A DNA stretch of 64,000 nt from Vicugna vicugna (taxonomy: Eukaryota), in the NCBI GenBank assembly GCA_013265495.1, contig MU058221.1:1426001-1490000 (forward strand). The letters run 5' to 3'. How positions within the stretch are numbered: the first letter of the stretch is position 1; each line of letters starts with the position of its first letter. A program made the translations under genes and the position numbers. Below the pieces are notes generated by a model that ran no database searches, was not told the DNA's origin, and saw nothing but the letters and a program-made list of their open reading frames with translations. Shown here in pieces: positions 26,291 through 40,248 of the stretch.

Positions 26291-26730
26291 CTATGGAATT
26301 CCGTGATTGGGGAATTCAGAGAGCTTTCAGTGGTTAGCTACAACTGGGGTCTCTCATCCAACTTTAGCTGAAGAATGACTAGAGGTAGAACTAGGGGGTC
26401 CCAGCACAGCAGGGCACGACCAGACACCACTTGATCCTCGTGCGGTCTTGGAGTCCCTGTTTGTGAATCCTCAGTGCAGCCTCCTAAGGTGGGCAGTCCC
26501 GTACGTCAGCATGGAAATGCCGCCAAACTGCTTCCATAACAGTTGAAACCTTCAAGAGTGAGCATTCAAGCAAAAAAAAAAAAAAAGAGAGAGAGAGAGA
26601 AATCAAAGATACTGCATTGCTTTTCTCGAGTGCTCAAAACCATCACAAAACCTTGCCCATTTTCCAGGGGAGGAAATTTAACTCCCTCTTCTTGAGGAGG
26701 GGGGTGTACAAGAATTTGTACACTCATTTC
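26285..26730 (-). mobile_element. MLT1 body
   Basis: 'ggggtctctcatcc', 'caagagtgagcattc', 'tccaggggaggaaatttaactccctcttcttgagg', 'caagaatttgt'. Confidence 0.65.
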
Positions 26731-26734
26731 ACTT

Positions 26735-26942
26735 TTTACTTTTTAATTTTTTTAATTGAAGTGTAGTTGGTTTACAGTGTTAGTTTTAGGTGTACATCAA
26801 AGTGATTCAGTTATACACACATATAATTTTTTTCAGATGCTTTTCCATTATAGGTTATTATAAGAAATTAAATATAGTCCCCTGTGCTCTACAGAAGATC
26901 TTTATTGATTATCTGTTTTATGTGCAGTAATGTATGTCTGTG
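26735..26942 (-). mobile_element. Artiodactyl-type L1 3' end
   Basis: T-tract, then 'aattgaagtgtagttggtttacagtgttagttttaggtgtacatcaaagtgattcagttata...aatatagtccctgtgct'. Confidence 0.85.
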
Positions 26943-28954
26943 GACTTGCCTGAAAAGTGCCACAGAGAGTACATGTAGCACACAGAGAGGGTAGTGAACC
27001 CAGGTCCTAAATAATCCAAGGTTCTTCCAAACCAGGCATTTCTCCATTTCATTGTAATTGAGTGAGATCAAAAGAAAAAGAGAAAACTCTAAACGACAAG
27101 ATCGCTCAGTCCAACTGGAGCATTTTTCTTATTAAGTTTTAAATAAATTTGCCAACAATGGTACCAGCTGTAGAAGTAACACAGCATCGCATAATGAAGG
27201 TTTGCCTTTGTTGCCCGAAATGATACGTTACAAATTCAACACGTAGGCTCGGAATTACAAAGTAACTTATTAAAAATGTTAACAGAAACGTTCTCAAAAC
27301 AGGGGGCTCTTCTGGTCTGGCCATTGTCTGGCTCCTGCTCTTCGCACGGGTGCGTCGGATCCCTGCTTCTTCGCAGTCCCTGGAAGGCGCAGCCTTGAAA
27401 TCGCTCCTTTGTGTTCTCTGCCTTTGTGATTAATGGCAGTTTAAGCTGGTGCACATCGCGCATTGACGGTAACAGAATTTCATTTCAGTATAAATTTTTA
27501 AATTGCGAAAGGGAAACGACAGAAGGCCCCCTCGGTGGCAGGGGAGCGTCAGCAGCTGAGTGACTCCTCCCCGGGAAAGCCGGGCCCAGCCGCGGGCATC
27601 TGTCGCGTCCTGCCAGCGGCGGCTCCCCAGGCGCTCCGGCGCCACCCGCAGGCTGGCTGGTTCCCACCCTTTGTTCGCAGACTGTCCCCTCAGTCTCCGC
27701 CTGCCTGGTGGGACAGAGCAGCAACTTCCGTCCGGCCTCTGTCTTGCCCTCACTTAACCACCTTGCACGTAATTCTCAGCATTGACGCCTTACCTTAAGA
27801 CTCTGCTGGTTTCTCCTTATGGAGAAAACGTAAGAGTCATTTTTTGTTTCACTGCTTCTAAAATGTGTGGTTCCTGATTTGCAGCCCGACCTGCCTCATC
27901 ATACTTTACCCTTGATTGCCCTTGAGAATTGGGCCGCTGGATTGTGAGGGCTCATTTACTTCATGTGGGCCACATCTTATGTATCTAATAGCAGCATAAT
28001 TAAGACTTCATCAGCTAAGAAGGAAATATGACATATAATGATGGGCAACACCTTTTTCCTCACTGTGATGGCGATTATGCAAAACTATGTATGTGTGTGT
28101 GTAAATGGCAGACGTGACAGGCAAATGTGACGGCGGTTTCCAGGAACACGTCGACTGACATGACAGACCCCAGGAGCACGACTCCCATTTCATAGATAAG
28201 GACATGACAGCGCGGACTGCAGGCAGGATCTCCCACAATGTCACAGCACACCTTTAGGAATGGGGACCACTGGCAATGAATGTTTAATTTTAGTGATGAT
28301 TGATTGGCTCACAGGGGACATGACCCTATTTTAAAGAATGAAAATGGAAGATGAGAAATCCAGTTTATGATTAATGTGAACATTTTTTGTGGTGTTGGGT
28401 AAGGCCGTGAAGAACAGCGTATCTGCACAAGTCAGTTAACTTTTCCACCCCGTGTGACTCTCACTGAGAATGGAGGGAAGGAAAGGGACTCACCTGTACA
28501 CACCGATCAACAGAAGAGGTGGAAGCAGCGTGAACACAAGAGACAAGCAAGAGGCATGCTTTGAAACGTACAGATTTATGAGCAACCACACCTTCCTTTT
28601 AAGCAAACAAAGAGTTCTGGAATCAGAAGAGCAGGTGGAATTATGAGTGGTGGGACCCTGCGCTGCTCAGCAGTAACGATTTGAGGGAGAGAGAGAGGAG
28701 AAAAGGACCACGGCATAAAGGATGCCCGGGAACACTCATGACTCCCCCAAACACACAGCTAGTCAAGGGCAGAGGTGGATAATAACTGGGACACATGACC
28801 GCTATCTTCGGTTCATTTTCCTTTATCATCCTTGCGACTACACGGAGCCATTCCAACATCACATCCACAGGAAATAGGAAACGGCAAAAACGCAGATGAT
28901 TCCTGAGCACAAATAATTATGTTCACGCACACGCCCAAACCCACACACTTACCC

Positions 28955-28977
28955 AGACAGACAGACAGACAGACACA
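28955..28977. repeat. (GACA)n microsatellite
   Basis: About 5 GACA units. Confidence 0.85.
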
Positions 28978-29439
28978 GTCAGGTTTTCTTTAAACCTTCC
29001 CATTTTTCCTTCAATTTAAGGATCTGTGGTGCATTCCATGGCAAATGCATTTTGCGTTTTCTAAGCAGAAATATTGTGACTGGATTTACATATCCCTTAA
29101 CTAAACCGTCCTACTAAGTGGGGGCTCAGTTCTACTTGCTTTTGTGTGTAAAAGATGCTCACGACACAATAGCTAGACTGAAGAATGACACATTTCCTAG
29201 TGTTTTCACTTACACTTCAAACATACACAATGATTTATACAAGTAAGCAGCCTCTGCGGGCAGAACCTGGGCAGGTGTCACTGTCGAGTGGTGCACTTGC
29301 CGTCACTCTGCCCCCCTCCTTGTTGTTGGGTTAAGTGCGTTGCCGTGGCTTAGCCACCAAGGATGAAACAGACTCAAGCATCATCCAATCCAGCATAAGG
29401 AAGCGTGGCCACGCCAGCGACCTCTCACTGCAAGACAAA

Positions 29440-29785
29440 TTCCCTCGGATTAATTACCGCAGCTTACAACAGCAAATGTGTATTTTCACACACATTTTCT
29501 GAGAGTCAAGCATCCAGGAGGGGACTAGCTGGGTGATTCAAACTCAGGATCTCTCGTGGTTGGCCAAGGGTGTGGTAGCTTGGAGGTAATTCAGCGAAGA
29601 GAGGGACGAGAAAGACACGGTGTCTTTTATGCCCCAGTCTTGGACATCACAGTCTCTCTTCTGCCGCGTTCTGTTTGTTAAGAGAGTGTCACGAAATATC
29701 GCCTACATTTAAAAGGAGGGGAATTAGGAAGAGCGTTTGAAGAAGAGATTATCAAAGAATCTGTGGGTATATATTTTAAATAACC
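29440..29785 (-). mobile_element. MLT1 LTR fragment
   Basis: 'ctagctgggtgattc...ctcaggatctctc', 'cttctgccgcgttctgtttgttaagag', 'ggaggggaattag', 'caaagaatctgtgg'. Confidence 0.7.
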
Positions 29786-31309
29786 GAAATAGGACCGCCA
29801 GTCCTTCCAAGTGGGATTCAGATTGTATTATGCTTTACCGTGTATATACACACATATTACATTAAGGACTTTTTTTCAGAAGATAGTTTGCAATTTATGA
29901 GAGAGAGTTGGAAATCTAAACGCAGCTACGATGCCCCACACGAGAAAGGATGCCAAACACACTAAACAAGAAAATATTGGCACCGCGAAGAAGAATGAAG
30001 AGCGGCTTGGCTCCAAAGCAGAGGAAAGGGAGGAGTCCATATTAACAAGCATAATAACGAACGCACAAGTAATCGCACACATTAGTCGATTTGCCTCCAT
30101 TCCCACCCCAACTCCAGGCAACTGGATTTGATGACAGTGGCCATCGCATACACACCCTCTAATTTATCCACACACCAGAAGGTAGTGACAAAATGCAAAA
30201 GAGGACAACGTAACCTTTCCCTGATCGCCACCTGCTTGCTGCGCGTCCCTTTGTCTTTGCACCAGTGTTTCACAGATTGGCTGCACGTGGCAGCAAAGCC
30301 CCAACCAGCCACATCAGTTGTGCATTGCAAGTCTGCCAACAGTTAGTAAAAAGGAAGCCATATTTAAAATACACATGGCTGGCTTCATCAATTGCCCTGT
30401 GAAACCCCTAAACAAACACAAGAAAGGCATGTGTGTGTAGAATTAACCTGAACACATTTATGCTTTTAAAGGTTTGGTTTTTTTTTAAACCAACACAAAT
30501 TAAATGTCTCCAGAAGAGTGGACGAACTAGTGTCCCCAGGCTAAAAATGACTGAGTGTGTGAGAACGCCAGCGGAACAGTATCGGACCCCAGCAAACGTG
30601 CACACTTTTGCTGGTTGTGAACACCCTCCCGGAGCTCCGTGACACAACTGGGGAGTGAACTGTTTTCATCGTGTTCATTTCCCTGCTGCAACTCGGTTAC
30701 TTACCACAGGGGTCCGGACCACTGCTGAGGTCTAGTCCATAATTAGGGACGTGTGAAGCAGAACCAAAAGCAGTCTCATTCTCAGTGTGTGGAAACTTTC
30801 CTGTAACGGGAAGTTCCCCAAGTTAAGGGTCCCGCCCTTTATCAACTGTTGAAAGCAGCAATCCTGCTCAGCGCACTTTGAGGAGATGAGGATACAGAGG
30901 CAGAATTTAGTGCTGCCGTAAAATGTTTCCCAATCTGCTTCTGCCAACCTAAGAGCGATTATGCACATCTAAGTGAAATTTATCTTTTTTTTTTCTTCCT
31001 TGCTCCACGATGGTTCACGGCTGACACAAGCCCCCGGGCCCCCTGCACCTTCTGCAGTCTTGTGAGTTTGCCCGGCGTGTGGGGTCAACCACAGCTACAC
31101 TCAGTACGTAGAGGGGCACAGCATGACGACCAAGAGGCTGGAATTTGAGTCTGCCGAAATGAGTTACGGGGGAATCGGGAACCATGAGTCCAGCGTGATT
31201 CCCAGAGTATCCTCTCGAGGCTGGAGAACAGGCAAGGCTGTAATCTAATTAACTTTCATTTGGGGGAATGCAGGTGTTTTGGCTGGTTTTACCGTGTGCA
31301 GTGGTGAAT

Positions 31310-31470
31310 CTGTGTATCTTTGAAAAGATAATTAACCTCAGTGCACCTCAGCCTTGTCTATAAATTACTTACTTCATAAGGTTGATGTGAAAATTAAATG
31401 CAATAATGTCTTCGATTGCTTATCTTGCTCCTTGATGCCTAGTGAACATACAGTAAACAGTGTGAGATGC
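31310..31470. mobile_element. MIR SINE fragment
   Basis: 'aacctcagtgcacctcagccttgtctataaa...cttcataaggttgatgtgaaaattaaatg' matches the MIR core. Confidence 0.65.
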
Positions 31471-34036
31471 AATTGTTGTTTATTATTTTATTTTATTCAG
31501 AGATACTGGGATAAGGGTTACAAAGAGGAATGGACTGGCTAAACAATGACATTTAGTCATATGGTCAACCTTTATGGCCCTGAGTGCTCTTAGACGTAAT
31601 TTATTATTTTTTAACCTTTAAATAAGTCATTCTCAAGATTGATAGACCTTCAATACACTTACATGTATTCTAAGTCCAGCGTGACTCGAAGGTTAGCCCA
31701 TGGACTGGTGCAGTCCAAAAAAATGTTCATTCCTGGTCTGCAGTGAAGCAGCTTTAGAAGTGGAGAATAGTTTTTAGACATGTGTATCCCAGTCTGATCT
31801 CTCCCTGCCATGCAAGCATGCGATTAGTGAACTTCTCTTGTTGTACAGTGTTTGGTAAAAGCACCAATCTGTGCTGGACTGGAAAGTAAATAAAACTGAT
31901 CCATTACCACAGGAATCTGAGGAGCACTGCTCCAGTGTAGACCCAAGGGATTGCCAAGGGCTTTGCAGGGTGAACTTGAAACCCACCCAAGTCTCTGTAA
32001 TGGGCTCTGAATATGGTTGCTCTGAACCAGAATAGAATCTCTAATTTTATTTAATCCTATTTTGTCCAAATTGCAAAGAAGGTAGCATTAAGGAGTCACT
32101 GTTGTAAGAATCTAATATGTCCAAGGCTGACCACAGAAGCCAGTCATCTAGCAGGCAAGCAAGAGGCAAATGACCAATTACTGTGTTCAAATCTTCCTCA
32201 AAGTATATACGGGACAGAAATCTGTCTAAAAATCACAAGTGCCAGGATATGAAAGAAGCTGGATGCCAACACAAAACTCTTCCAGGTCACAGACTACTTT
32301 GTCCCCTATCACTTCCAAAAACTAGTGACAAAGAGTTCAAAGTCCTGAATCCACAAACGGAGAAGAGTAGAAACACTTAATTAAAGTGGGGAAGTGAGCT
32401 GGCAAGGACCTGGGAAATTCCTGGAAATTTGCTGTCGGGGTTGATGGATGCTGAAGTTCTGAGAGTCTGAGTAAAGAATGTGCTACCACTGCACTGCTAA
32501 GGTGACAGGTGTCTTTAGCCAAAATGTGCCCTTCACCTTAGCAAGTGAAAATCAATTTTCTCTAGTATCTCCATAACAGGCAATTTCTCAGTTCTTAACT
32601 GCTCCTTTCAGATAGACGTCAGTGGTCAATACACTTGTTCTTTCCAAGCTCTAAATTAAAACTCATTCTTTCTATGTGCAAACCTATGAGTTGGATGAGT
32701 AAGGAAATTAGATATGAAAAATTATGAATTAGAAAACAAAACCATTAGATACAGAGGCCTTACTTAGAGGATCCAGATACAGGTCATTCAGTGTCTTTTC
32801 TAAAATGAGATCTTCAGGAATTAAACCTCCAGCCCTATCTTACCTTAAGAAATCTCATTCTGTATCTCCCATTTTTGGGAAGACATTCCTGCTTGAATCT
32901 CTCGCCAATACTTCAAAGTCATGAACATACTTAAAATTAGACTCACGTTTCAAACCAACTTTTTCACCCCCCTGAGTTTCTCATTTTAAAGGTGACATCA
33001 CTAACTTCCATCCTTCAGGGCTGGGAGCCTCTGAGCCTGTGCATCATCAGTCACTGAATCTGTCTGGTCTTCCTTGGACGTATCACTCTGGCCAGCCTCC
33101 TCTTTCCAGAGTGAAGTCTCCTGCCTGTCTGGACATTTGCCCTTTTCCGGAGGAAAGTTTCCCTGCCCTCTGCTGCCTCTGTATAATAAGAGGGTCAAGT
33201 TTTCTAGTTCATGTGCTTTTAGTGTGCTGAAGGCATTTTTGGAATGCTTCATCGTATTGAGAGGATGGTGAGTCTGTGCGGGACTTGTAAGTTGAAGACG
33301 TTCACAGCCATTATTAAAGTCTGCAGTCCTCTGCAGTTGTGAGGTCAATTCTCAGTCCTGGAAGCTGAGAAGGTGGGCAGTATGCAGTAGAGCAGTGCGA
33401 TTTCTCATTCCCTGGCACTCTCGCTGTCTCTTGGAGCTCTCTGTGCTTTGAGGCAGACAGACGTTCAGGTGGGGGCCATCTTTGGGGGCAGTGAAGTGAA
33501 ACCCACTGCACAGAGGAAGACTGGGTGCCAGGGGGCAACAGGCCCATGTAACAAACCACACCCTGATAAAATTAGGTGCATCTCCTACCCCAAAGCGTAT
33601 GGAATTGATATTATCTGTATTTGTTTTTCTTGTGTTATTACCTCCTCCTCAGTACAATCAATAGCAAGTTCGCAGAGAATGAGCTTGAGCCCTCGCTGTG
33701 GCCCTGAAAAGCAGCCGTCAGAGAAGGGATGCTGTTCTCCGGCAGCTGGTGCGTTAGCCGGTGCAATTAGTCCCATGGGGAAGGACACTCCGAAGTCCAC
33801 TGGGGACCTCTCCCTTCTCTGCTGACCTTGGAACATCCATGTTTAATGTCGTTAATCGCGGTAAACTTCCTTCCCACATGCCTCTGTGCAAAAATGATCA
33901 GTAGCTTCAGATTACCTAGAGTAGTGATTTTCAAACTGTCCTGTGGACTCCTAGCGTTCCATTGGTGTGACTTAGGGCCATCTGGGGAGGGGCTAAGAAG
34001 GCAGGGCTTCATCTCCTAATGTTGCTTTAGCCGGAC

Positions 34037-34098
34037 TCTCTCTCCCCTTCTTTCTCTCTCTCTCCTCCTCCCTCCCTCCCTCCCTCCCTTTCTCTCTT
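34037..34098. repeat. CT-rich / (CCCT)n simple repeat
   Basis: Pure pyrimidine tract. Confidence 0.85.
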
Positions 34099-35377
34099 AC
34101 AATTTGTGGCGCTGCTTAAACTTTCTTTCCAAAGAGACTTTTGGAACTACAAGTTAAAGAATAGCAAGAACAACAAAATACAAGTTTAAAACCCAGTAAC
34201 CAAGGGAGAAACAACCACATTCTTTAGTCAAGCATCCGTGGTTATAAATAATCCAGAGTAAATGCACCTGGCCTATATTTCACGGGTTATCTCTTCTAGT
34301 GGCAGAATTCTATTATTTATATCCACTATAAAGTCCTATGTAAACTGGACTATCCATTGCTACCAGACACAGTTTTGATTTCCAGCCTGAGGTTTTGTTC
34401 ACAAATTACCCTCTTCCTTGATGTGTTCTTCCCTCAAAACTCATTTAAGCTTTTCTTAGCCTTCTGCCATTTTTCATAGATTCTCCTGCTCGCTGCATGA
34501 AAAAGCATGCTATGTAAAGTCATCTTTCAACTGTAAATCATTATTATGACTTTTTTTCCTCTCTCTAACTTTAATCACTGTCATGTCCGGACTTTCAACT
34601 GTTACCTCTATCTGCTTCCCCTTTCATTTGGTGTTTTTGTCTTGGAAGCAAATAGATCTTTCAACATGTGTACTGCTGTGGCACTCAGGGTTTTACTTCC
34701 AACATACACCAACTAATGTTTCACTAAATTACCGGAAGCGTGTCATTTTTATCAGAGATCATAAGCAAAATTGTCAAAAGTGTCAAATTGTGTTTATGAA
34801 GCTCAAAATAAAGGCAAGCTGTGCATGTGTCCCTCAGAAATATTTGTAATGAAAACATTATTGAAAGCATCACCCAAATGATGCTACTGAGTGACTTTCA
34901 TTTGTGCTACGCAAGAGGTACCTCTCTGCTATTCAAGGAAATAATTCGTTTTCAGTTCTGACTTTAGGCAGGACATGCTTCTTCTCCTGTCTAAGACTTT
35001 ATCAAAACTCTCTCATTGCACAGGAAGTAGTTAATACTCATCTCACTGAAAGTACGCTGTTATTAGCACAGAGGCTCCAGGTAGAAAATACTCTGATCTG
35101 AGATTATTGCATAGCAGCTCATGGGGTTACTCATGGAATTGAACAAACAAGACCTAAAAGTTATCCATGTTTGACAATGACGACTCTGAAGCAAGAAGCC
35201 AGTTTTCCAGGACAGACACACAGGGCATTTTTGGAAGAAGAACCTCTTTCCAAGCAGAGTCCTCCCTAACTAGAATCTGCCTGCATCCACTCCTAAGGGT
35301 TGTCTCTAATCCTTGGCTATGACTGACAGACACCAGAATCTTCTGTGTATCCTTTATTGGTAGTTGTAAATGATTTT

Positions 35378-35500
35378 AAATAGTAAATGCTGTAATTATA
35401 GGAATATTTATAGTCATAATTACAGTCACAGTTATAATTGCTGTATATTTATAATTATGATTAAATTTATAATTATAGTCACATTTATAGTTCTTGTTAA
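35378..35500. repeat. Degenerate 6-bp periodic AT-rich repeat (TATAAT/TATAGT-like)
   Basis: 'tataattatgattaaatttataattatagtcacatttatagtt'; it produces the low-complexity ORF 35376..35597. Confidence 0.6.
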
Positions 35501-36685
35501 ACTTCCAGCTCCACAGCAGATGATCTGTAAATTTAACCACTGAAACCCCAACATTGAGTTCACCGCCTAGAACATGGTAAGCTTTGCACAAATACATATT
35601 GGAATAGAATTAAGTTTACCAAATGTGAACTTAATTATCCTCATAATACAATTTTGTCATTCTCTAAAATAGAAAGTTACTACTGAGGCATTTAGAAAAC
35701 ATTGAAGCTTGAACAAAATGAATCTGATCACGGTAGGTCTGAGTTATTGGTGTTCCAGATGGACACAGCCAAATAAAAATGACCTAGATAAATAATTTGG
35801 TCTTATTAGAATCCATAGCTGTTGGGGTGCTATGTTTTTTGGCCTTAAAGTTTTGATTTTTTTTCTTATACCATGTCAGCTTGTCAAGAATCCTTAAAAA
35901 CAGTTAAATGGACAAATCATATGACTAATAATGAAAATATCAACATAATTATTGCTAATAATTTGTATATATTATGATTTTTCAGTATGTGGCAACTCAC
36001 AGGCACAATCATATGTGCATATCTGTGATATTTTTATCTATTTCAATGTATTTGTGCATATTCACATGGCCTCGGGCAGAGTGGACATTTTGCCCAGCCA
36101 CGTTCCAAAGTTCTGGGTCAGATAAGAGGGCAACGTGCCTCGTAAGGACAGTCCTATGTAGTTGGTGGGAATTTGCCCTAAACTATTTCTGATTTGTTCA
36201 CAAAGTCCTTTGGTCTGACACAGGTACCATGTTGGAAGGAAATGCTGTGAATCCCGAAATCCAAGAGGGTCCAAAATCACAGGGAACAGGTACACACAAT
36301 GTTTTGAAATGAGAAACAGAAACATATGGTCTCAGAGAGGGACAGTGCCCTAAGTCAAAAGTTTCCGTGGCATCCTGCCATCTTCATCGCGCCAGCGTGA
36401 CTTCCTCTTCCCCAGCAAGCCCCACGCTTCCCCGCGGCAGCAGCACTCCCCAGACCTCAAGCACGTGTCTTCCCAGCGTTAGCACCCCTGCTCCATCAAC
36501 AGCCTTAGTTAGTTCATTTATTGGGGGTTGGGGGTCTCATTCCACAAGCTTGATGGGGACAGCTAAATGCCACATTACTTAATTCCAATCAAATCAAATA
36601 AATCTGAAGCCAACACTTCCTCTCATTAGAGCAATGGGTTGTCTACACTCAGTAACTTTTAGAAACGTTTCATCCTACCTGAAGA

Positions 36686-36708
36686 TAGACAGACAGACAG
36701 ACAGACAG
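36686..36708. repeat. (GACA)n microsatellite
   Basis: About 5 GACA units. Confidence 0.85.
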
Positions 36709-38224
36709 AAGGCTCTAACCCACCACATTTGCTACGGGTATCATCCCCTTCTGAGAGAGCATCGTCAAAGAGCTCTGCCTTGTCTGAGGAGCCGTGCCAC
36801 TTCCATGATGAGCTTAAGCAAAACATTACGGCGCCACCTCCAAGGGGCACCGCACACATTTCCTCGCACTTCCAAGACTGCGCCTTCTCACCAGGGTCCT
36901 GAACCAGGAACAGAGGCCTCTTTCCTTACAGAATGTGAAGACCTCAGTTCCTGCCTGGTCTCTGAAATACCCAACAATTACATTTCCGTTTTGCCTCTTT
37001 CCTTCCCTCCATACGCGCGGCCCCTGCGCCCCGTCAGACCTGCCCACTCTCACGGGCAGGGATGTCAGAAGGGCCATCTATCTTCTTGACAGGAAGGGAA
37101 GAGAACTGTAAGAAAAAATACACACACGTTAATATTTCAGTCAATTATCTTCCCACATTGCAGTTTATCATACGGATAGGCAGAATAGGTTTTCCTCACC
37201 TTTCATAAGAAAGAGGTTGCAAGGACCCCCAAGACAGGCAGCATCCTTTTCCCTGCACTTTTCCATGAGAGAGGAGAAAATGCAGTTTGCTGAGACTTTA
37301 TCTCTACCACAAAAGCTTTAATTAAGACAAAAACAGAACAAATTGATAAGCCAAGGAATTCAGCATTTACTAAATTTAAGTTCTTCACTGATTCTAGTTA
37401 AAAATACTAGTTAGGAATAACAAAAGGAAAGAGCAGACTCCAAAGCCCTTTATTTTTCATCCATGTCTGCTTCCATATTAATTGTAATTCTTCACATAAT
37501 TAACATTTCTTTTTATATTACAATGCAATTTTTAAAATTTTATGTATATTACTCTTCTTGGTTCTCTTATTTTTTTGTTAATGACAGGGTTAGAGGAAAA
37601 AAAGAGACTACTTCCTTATGTTTAGAATTCTTTTTGTCTTTGGAGAGTGTTGCTTAATGTGTGATGTGATGTGAACTCCATTTTACTGGGACAGCTAATA
37701 ATACCATTTGTTAATTTATGACTGGAAGGCAATCAACCTGGTATTTTAACTTGGAATATAGTTATAATAAGTGTCTGTATGCATTTGTGAATTTAAATAT
37801 TTTCAGTTAACCAAATTATATTTAATTTCATCCTGGGATAGAGCTGTGGTTTGGCAACCTCTCCAGTGACAATGACAAACCGGAGGAACACAGCCAGCTA
37901 CAAAATTGCCACTTACTGAACTCCTCGTCAATTTGCTTCTGTGTTCTTTGAAAAGAGTGATTTCATAGCCTTTTCTCTACAGCCTTAATGCCCTCTGTAA
38001 GATAAATACCCTGCGAAATGATCACATCTGCTTTCTTTTGGCCCACAAAATGCTTAGTCAAAGAAATAAGCCACCATAGCTGCTTTCCGCACTTGACATT
38101 AAATCAAATTTGGTGGCAAAGGAACATTGACGATCAAATTGTGTGTGCTGTTCGTGTAACTTGCATTGCTTCAAAAGTCATTGATTTCCCCAAGGTCCTT
38201 CAGAGCAGTTACTTTCTCATTTAT

Positions 38225-38800
38225 GTATTTATTCATTCATTTGTTTTTGATTCATTCAACAAATATTTATCAGATTTTGCCGTGTGCCAGGCATTGTGCT
38301 AAGTGTTGTAGATACAAAGATTACTAAGGCACAGTTCCTGCTCTCAGAGAGTTTGCCTCCTATTAGGAGAGACAGATGTAACCAAAGAAGTGACAAACGC
38401 AGTGTAATCAGAGGGATGAGGGTGGAAGGTGGTACCAAGACATCAAAAGAAGTGTGATTCACTCTGTCAGGGCCTGAGGGTATCAGGGAGAGCTTTACAG
38501 ATGAGGACCCCCTCAAGCAGGGTCTGGAGGATGAATTTTTAAGGTGGACTAGAATGAGGAGGACACATTGGTATTAACAGAGGAGCTGGACATAGCTCTG
38601 ACGGAACCGGAAGAAAAAATACGACTTGCCAGTGTCGATGAATAAGGTTGGAGATGTGAGCAGACGGTGGACTTCATTACATGTAAAGCCAAGGAGTCTG
38701 GACATTGTCCTGGACACAGAAAACTATTGGAGGGTTTTGCTGGCGAGGCGGAGGTGTAAGATAATCTAAGTCGTATGTGTAAAAGATTATTCTCATGGTG
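38225..38800 (-). mobile_element. LINE-2 3' end
   Basis: 'attcattcaacaaatatttat...gtgtgccaggcattgtgctaag...gttcctgctctcagagagttt' is the antisense L2 tail. Confidence 0.8.
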
Positions 38801-39740
38801 GTACTGACAACCAGTACTAGATTCAGGGGGACCAGTGACCAAAGTCTTAAATCCAATAGGGTCTTTCAGGGGTTACTTTTTTTTTTACCTTTGTATGAAA
38901 TTGGACATCATTGTCCACTTTTCCTTAATACAACTCTCTTCTCCTGTGGATTCCATAAACCCTTTTTTAGTTTTCACCTTATATCTCAGCAGGACATTTC
39001 TCACTTCAACTCAGTGATTCTCCTGATAATAAAGACAAGAAATATGAAGGATTTAGTGACAGTAAGAATAGTAGGAATATTAAGGTACAAGGTACAAATG
39101 GTTGTTTATGAGAATCAGGTAAATTACTGGTAGAAGTTAACTGTATTATACCCAAGAATAATTACACTTTCTAAAGTAAAATTTGCAAGAGTATTGACAT
39201 TTGCCTTTTTTTAAAGTATTTTAACCTTCACCATTGGTTTTTATATTATAAAATATTAAACAAAAATGATTCTGTTGCATGTGTTCAAACTTACATTTTT
39301 ATAGGAACATTCATTTCTTTTGCCTTGAGAACAAGGATATAACCCAGAGAGGAAATTATAAGCTGTATATTTGGTTGGCATTTCATTTATTGCATGTGAC
39401 CTTCAGGAACACAATTCACGTATAACCAAACATATTTGGTTCCTGCAATTAAAGCAAAAACACATTGATTACGTCCATCTCTAAACGTCACTGCCTGTGG
39501 AAGGTGCTTGTGTCTAGCTCATGCAAATTTCACCCAAATAAGGGACATTTGACACTATAAAATAGTTTCACCAAAACTCTGTTATGAACTTTAGAAAACC
39601 AAAAATGAACAAAAGTAATTTTAAAAAGTGGTCGAACACTACCTTAGACTACAGCTCCTTTCAATAAATGCACGTGAAAAGATAAAAACACTACAAAAGA
39701 TTTTTATAATGTACACTCAATGTCCTTCCTCATTCTAGTT

Positions 39741-39844
39741 TAAAGTGAAGGTATCCGGTAAAGGATGACAATGTAATAAAATATGGCCACTGTAAAGTGA
39801 AGGTATCTGGTAAAGGATGACAATGTAATAAAATATGGCCACGG
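39741..39844. repeat. 52-bp tandem duplication
   Basis: TAAAGTGAAGGTATCYGGTAAAGGATGACAATGTAATAAAATATGGCCACKG occurs twice with 2 mismatches. Confidence 0.95.
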
Positions 39845-40248
39845 TATAGATCTTTATGCTTTTTCTTACCTGAAATATTAAATATCACTCTCTCTATAGT
39901 GACTTTTTACCAATTATCTCATTAAACTTTAACAAACATTAGAACTTCAAAAAGAGAAAGAATTGACCAAGTAAAACTATGAAACTTTAACAATAACAAA
40001 ACATTAAATTGACAAATGATATATGAATTCAAAGTACCACTGACAAAAATATTTATAGTCAAATATTTAATCAGTAAAATATATCCATAAGACAAATACC
40101 CTAATTAAAATGTGCAGGCATAATAAATTTTAAGAAATACTTCCACATGCCAGCAGAGATTTGATAAAAAATATTTGATATCACTAAGAACCAACAATAT
40201 CAAGGTAGAATATTACATGCCACTTAAATTTGTAAAGATGTAAAGAAC

